From the NCBI GenBank assembly GCA_021613535.1, contig CP075497.1:12524001-12588000 (forward strand): 64,000 bases of DNA, given 5' to 3'. A program made the translations under genes and the position numbers. This DNA is from Adineta vaga (lineage: Eukaryota; Animalia; Rotifera). Under the pieces are notes generated by a model. That model searched no databases, was not told where the DNA came from, and saw only the letters and a list, made by a program, of their open reading frames with translations. Positions 58,575-64,000 of this stretch are shown in pieces (position 1 is the first letter of the stretch; each line of letters opens with the position of its first letter).

Positions 58575-61500
58575 ATGTCCCACATTCCTCCAGTTATTCC
58601 ATTAGATGGAACAACTATAAGGTAATGAATAAAAGAGAAAGTATTGAAATTTCTTATTATTGTATAGTTCATCTCCTGAAAATTCATCCATTGATGAAAT
58701 TAATCAAAGATCAATAATATCTTCCACAATCCCATATTCTGTAGGTACTCAACACCATCAAAATGGTTTATCATCAATAAGTTCAAATAATTCATCCAAT
58801 CTATCAGGAACAATTGATTCTCTTATTAATAAAAGTTCAAGTATAGGTTTTTTTAAATATTTTCTTTTATCAATAAGAAAAATTACGTTTTTTTTTTATT
58901 AGCTGTCGGAAATGTTCCAAATAATGAAATATCAAGTATGACAATGTTAATGATCTCATCTCCATCATATAATGATAATTTATCATCAGAACAAAGAACA
59001 AGTTTATTAAATGAATCATCAGATGAAGTAAATTTATCATCATTATTATATCTTCAAAGTAAACAACGTCAGATAAATCATCGACGAAATAAAAGTGAAC
59101 CAGTTATAATTGGAAATCTTGATAAATTATCAACAAAAACCATATTGGAATCATCATCAACAAGTACAACAAGTAATGAATCAGCATTAAGTGGAAATGC
59201 TTCTTCGGGAAAGAAAAGAAAATCTTCAACAAAAAAAACTTCACCAAATATAAATAATAATAAACAAGAATTATTAACTTCTCAATTACAAGACCGACTT
59301 TCATCATCATCATCAACAACAACAACAACAAAGAAAAAGAAACCATGGTATAATGTAAGTTATTTTATCATTTCTAATAGTTTTAACATTCCAAATCAAT
59401 TTGAATAAACAAACTCTATTTCGCATTAGAATTCTTTAGTTAAAAAAGCAAAAAAATGAAAAATTGAGTTTTGTCATTTCGATAAGAAAGACAAAAAATT
59501 TGTATATGAATAATATTTCTTTTTCAACGCTTGAATGAGTCAAGTAACGATCAATGGCAATGAAATCATATAAGATAACCTTCCACCCACATTTGTACAT
59601 AACTTCATATTTTTCTTCATTATATAAATATTCTGTTTAGAAAACAGACATATTTCCATTTTTGTTTTCGTTTCAATGGATACATTAAGATTATTTCTTC
59701 GTTCAAATAGTTTTCGTAATTCAAAGAATTCTTCAATTCCATCCGACTTAATAAGTAAAGATTTAAATATTCAAGTTAAAAAGAAATTATCTAATGAAAG
59801 TTTATCATTTGATAATATTAAATCCTATTTTTCAAATCATCCATCGTCATTTTCATCACGTTCACCATCAAATTCAATTCAATTAGAAACATGTTCAGGA
59901 TCATCTTCTCCATTAATTAATCGTCATACAAATATTGTTGCCAATGCTTCCGAATTGATTTCAAATGCTCAAACATTTACATCGAATCATCGAAGACATT
60001 CATGGACTGTTGAAAATCATATTCATGAAATTGTTTCTCCTATACGAAGAAGTAAATCTCAACATTATCCAAATCGAATTCGAAAATATCCAAAAGAAAA
60101 GATTCGATGTCGAAGAAATGAATCATTCAAATCTGTTACATTTCCTTTAACAAATATTCGTCCTAATCCATTGGAATCAACACAAATTCGTTCAGTAAAA
60201 ACAACAGCTACCAATGCTTTTTTAACCGCTACTTCCTTATTTAAATATTGGGTAGATAGATTTACAATTAGATATTAATAAAGGATAATTCCTAACGAAA
60301 ATAATCTTTAGAATTTTTATTTTGAAAATCCAATTTATTTTTTCTTCTAGCCATTTCAATCAACATATCGTCAACGAAATGAAGAATTTCGAAAATTATT
60401 CAAAGATTTACCAAATGATGAACGATTAATCGTTGGTAAGTTCAATAAATTTTATAGAAAACGTGACGAATTTCTTTCTATAGATTATTCCTGTGCATGG
60501 CAAAAAGAAATCTTAATACAAGGTCGAATGTATATTTCACAAAATTATTTATGTTTTCATGCAAATTTTCTTAAATGGGAAACGAGTTTATGTTTGAAAT
60601 TTCACGATATCATTGGAATAACACGTGAAAAAACCGCCAAAGTTATTCCCAATGCCATTGAAGTTCGAGCAAATAAAAATGAAAAATATTTCTTTGCAAG
60701 TTTTGCTACACGTGATAAATCTTATGCAATGATATTTCGAATATGGCAAATGGTTTTGACTCAACAGGTTTGTTTTGTTTTCATTTGAAAGAGAAAATAT
60801 TATTTCTTCTTTTTTAGCCAATTTCAAGTCAACAAATATGGATAATGATTCGTGAAAGTTATGGAAATGATTTAGATATAATTACAGATGAAGAAGATTC
60901 ATTTAATAAACAATCAATTAATTCAACACCTGAAAAAACTTCACCGAAACAAGAAAAATATCAGGTTAGATTTCATATCTCAAAGAATAAATTCTTTTCT
61001 TTTTTCGAAATTTTATCATAAAGAATAGATAAGAAAAATTTTCTGTTTTCGTTAGCAAATCACACCCAATTCTCAAAGTTCAACAAATAGTAAAAAAGAA
61101 GAATTGGACGATCATTCGAGTATGTCATCGCGTAGTGATAGACGAACAGATGATGATCTTGATGGCGATGATGATCTCGGAATAATTCCAATTGGAGAAG
61201 AAGCAAATACAAATACATTAATTCGTCAACCATTAACAAATTTTCATAAACAAGAAAATATTTTATCAACAATGATAAATCTTCCTGGTTTGTTTCGTTT
61301 CTTTTTTATTTTGAGAAAATACGTTTTCTTTTTTTTTCTTCTATATAAAAATAGAAGAACAAACTTATTTAACAACATGTCCATGTCCATGTCAATCACA
61401 TTTAGCAACAAAGTTAATTGATCGAACATATCCAACCTCAGTTGAACGTCTATTTGATTATATATTTGATGATCGTGATTTTCTTGCTGCTTATCACGCA

Positions 61501-63254
61501 TCACGTCGTATAAAAGGTTTACTTTATCATATGTTCGTTCATTCTTTTTCTTATAGTCTTTTTTTCGATAGATTTTCAAGCAAGTGAATGGACTATTAAC
61601 ACAGAAACAAGAAAAAGAGAACGTGTTTGTACTTATAAAGTTTCTGTTACTGCTGTTTTTGGTGCAACAACAATTTGTTCAAATGAAAAACAAGTATAAA
61701 CAATGAAGAATTTCATTTTTAATTCTTTTTTTTTATCTTCATAGAGTATCGATTGTGAAACATCTAAATCTCATTATATAATTGATACAGAAGTTCGAAA
61801 TGAAGGAATTAAATATGCCGATACATTTTTTGTTGCATCACGTTATTGTCTTGTTCAAACTGGACCCAATAAATCCCATTTAAAAGTAACTTGTGAAGTT
61901 CGATATGTTAAAAGTGTTATGATGATTATTAAATGTAAGTTACAAATCTTTTGGTTTATCTTCAAAGAAGAAGAAAAGACTTTTTTTCATTGGAAGAAAA
62001 TCGAAATTCTTTTCCATCACGCCATATTCTCTCAGAGATCTTTTTCCTTCTTCTTCTTCTTTTCTATTTTGACAGAAAAGCTTCTCAAAGATGATTTTTT
62101 TTTGTTCGTTCTTCTATCTAAACGATGGTGTGATGTTCGAAGAATGAGAGAAAAAGAACGATTAGATTTCTATTAGAATGAAAACAGGAAAACTAGTTCG
62201 ATCATTTTCTCGTTTGATTAAAAATCATATTTTATATCCTTATTCAGCATTTGTGGAAAAAAATGCCATGGCTGCACTTCAAGATTCATTTACTGATTTA
62301 AGTAAGTCATTTGTTTGTAAACAGATTCATCGTGCTCATTGCTTCAATATTTCGCTTTTTGCTTTATGTTTTTAAAGATAATCGAATCGAACGATCAACA
62401 TCATCAGGTGTTTTTTCTTTCTTAATTTATTCATTGAAAAATCTTAAAATAATATTTTTCTTTTAATTAGTGAAACGAATTGAACATGAAAGTTTGAATC
62501 GACAGCGAACATCAAGTATAACAAATCATCATGATAAAGAGAAAACAACAAGTTTTATCAATTCTTCAAAGAAAAAACATTCACGAAAACAACAATCAAA
62601 TGACTTAGATTCATCAATTGAAGATTCTTCATCAAATAAACATCGAAAACACATTCATCAAGATGATCATACTCATTATAGTGATTCCAATTCAGTTATA
62701 TCTTCTCCATCAACTTATATTTCTTCATCAACATGGTCAACAAACAATTTTTTAATTCCATTTTGTATCATCACGTAAGAATTTCTTTTCAACGATATTC
62801 TATTTCGATTCTATTTTTTATTAAATAGAATGTTAATTTTATTGACTGTTAATATATTTTTATGCGTAAAATTAAATGAAATTGATCGGATGACAGATCG
62901 TCTTATACAAAATTATCCTTTATGGTCAAATGATTTTTCGTAATGATTAAATTAAGATTTACTTATTGAAATTCATTTTTCTCTATTCAGATATCCTAAA
63001 CAAGAAAATGAATGGTCAATTTTATTAAAAAGACAAGAAGAATATTATCAAACGAAATTAAATGGACTTCAATCAGTTATTTTATCAACACATAATGCTT
63101 TAAAAAATGTTTGTTTTTTTCTCGATTTTTAAACGAAAAAATTTCTTTGAACTTTATCTTCTATTTTTAGGTTACAGATGCTTTAAATGAATTATCGAAA
63201 TTAAGTAGTGGATCAAATGTTAATGCACCTATTAATCGTCTTCAGTCTCTATAG
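58575..63254 (+). CDS. GRAMD1: GRAMD1/Aster sterol-transfer protein (GRAM, VASt/StART-like domain, TM), multi-exon
   Basis: KKPWYN|PFQSTYRQRNEEFRKLF..ERLIV|DYSCAWQKEILIQGRMYISQNYLCF..REKTAKVIPNAI..YFFASF..RDKSY; VASt GIKYADTFFVASRYCL; C-terminal TM and coiled coil; TAG 63252-63254. Confidence 0.9.
59676..60251 (+). CDS. Probable alternative first coding exon of GRAMD1
   Basis: A 192-codon ATG-initiated Ser-rich frame inside the GRAMD1 intron. It ends LFKYW|gtagat in phase 0, compatible with the acceptor at 60350. TATATAAA at ~59621. Confidence 0.65.
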
Positions 63255-63624
63255 GTTTCACATTGGTGCTCTTCTTTTCTTTTTTTCAAAGACCGGTGTA
63301 TTTAATCATAAGGCGAATATTCTTTATTGTAATTTTTTTTCTCTCTTCATATTATTATTTATTAACTCCGTTAGGAGATATGTGATTCCGTTCTTTCCTT
63401 TTTCTTCAAGTAAATCTTCTAACTAATGAGGCAGATGAGAAATATTTAACATATCGTTAACATCTCTTTTTTTATTACTTCTAAAATCCATTAAAATGGT
63501 TCACTAAATAAACTTTTTTATCCAATGTAATCAAATATTATAAGAAAGGAATAAGGTACTTTAATTCCCACCTTTCGTATGGAAGAAAAAAATAGCTTAA
63601 CTTTTTTTTAATAATCATATTGTT

Positions 63625-63885
63625 TATAATGGCTTCTGAACCTTGAGTATTTCACATGGCCAAATTCCAAATATTATTTTCATTCAATTGATTTCTATCC
63701 AAGTTCTTTTAATGTATTATCATAGAGACCAATATTTCCTTTCGAATCAACAATCAATAACCAACCACTCGGTTTAGCCACTCGAGCACATTCTCTTATT
63801 GCTTGTTGCTTTTCAATTGTGTTTGATACATTATGAATTGCTAATGAAGAAGTAACTAGAATAAATGAATTATCTGAAAAAGGTA
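63625..63885 (-). pseudogene. Truncated pseudogene copy of the 56930 methyltransferase
   Basis: PFSDNSFILVTSSLAIHNVSNTIEKQQAIRECARVAKPSGWLLIVD..LKELG* (TGG>TAG), then a short deletion. The 5' half is absent. Confidence 0.85.
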
Positions 63886-64000
63886 AAAATCAACAGTTTT
63901 GTGTCATTATTGAGAAAAAAACGAAAACGAATTTTCATTGTAAGATCTATAATCATTTGAAACAATTATTTCGTTTTTGGTTCAAGTCATTCGTCCGTCA

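Noticed and set aside
8418-63254. Idea of a sterol/lipid gene cluster (Hog protein, VPS13-like, GRAMD1)
   Set aside because: The genes are tens of kb apart, separated by unrelated loci, with no shared regulatory signal seen.

Overview
AT-rich eukaryotic genomic DNA with many 50-60 bp GT-AG introns. It is most likely from a bdelloid rotifer (inferred from intron size, an ART-TPR family gene, TGTGGG/TGAGGG repeats and several intron-poor genes of apparently non-metazoan type). Conserved animal genes: an IMP-L2/ZIG-like two-Ig protein, FKBP8, a FAM104/VCF1-like protein, phosphomannomutase, a DXO/Rai1 nuclease with a long N-terminal extension, PRPF31, a shortened VPS13-like gene and GRAMD1/Aster. 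Accessory content: (1) an intronless, complete fungal-type assimilatory nitrate reductase (21718-24141); (2) a secreted Hint/Hog autoprocessing protein whose N-terminal cargo is only about 20 aa; (3) two tandem spliced 67-aa membrane microprotein genes missed by the ORF track; (4) a young Ty3/gypsy LTR retrotransposon (329-bp LTRs that look identical, GTAGC TSD) inserted into the catalytic exon of an ADP-ribosyltransferase-TPR gene; (5) three intronless vWA-alpha-kinase genes plus a displaced fragment; (6) a ChrR-like cupin and a microbial-type SAM methyltransferase with an inverted pseudogene copy; (7) CCCAG-ended and hAT-like MITEs and several pseudogenes. Gene models were spliced by eye and family assignments come from remembered motifs; no database search was run.
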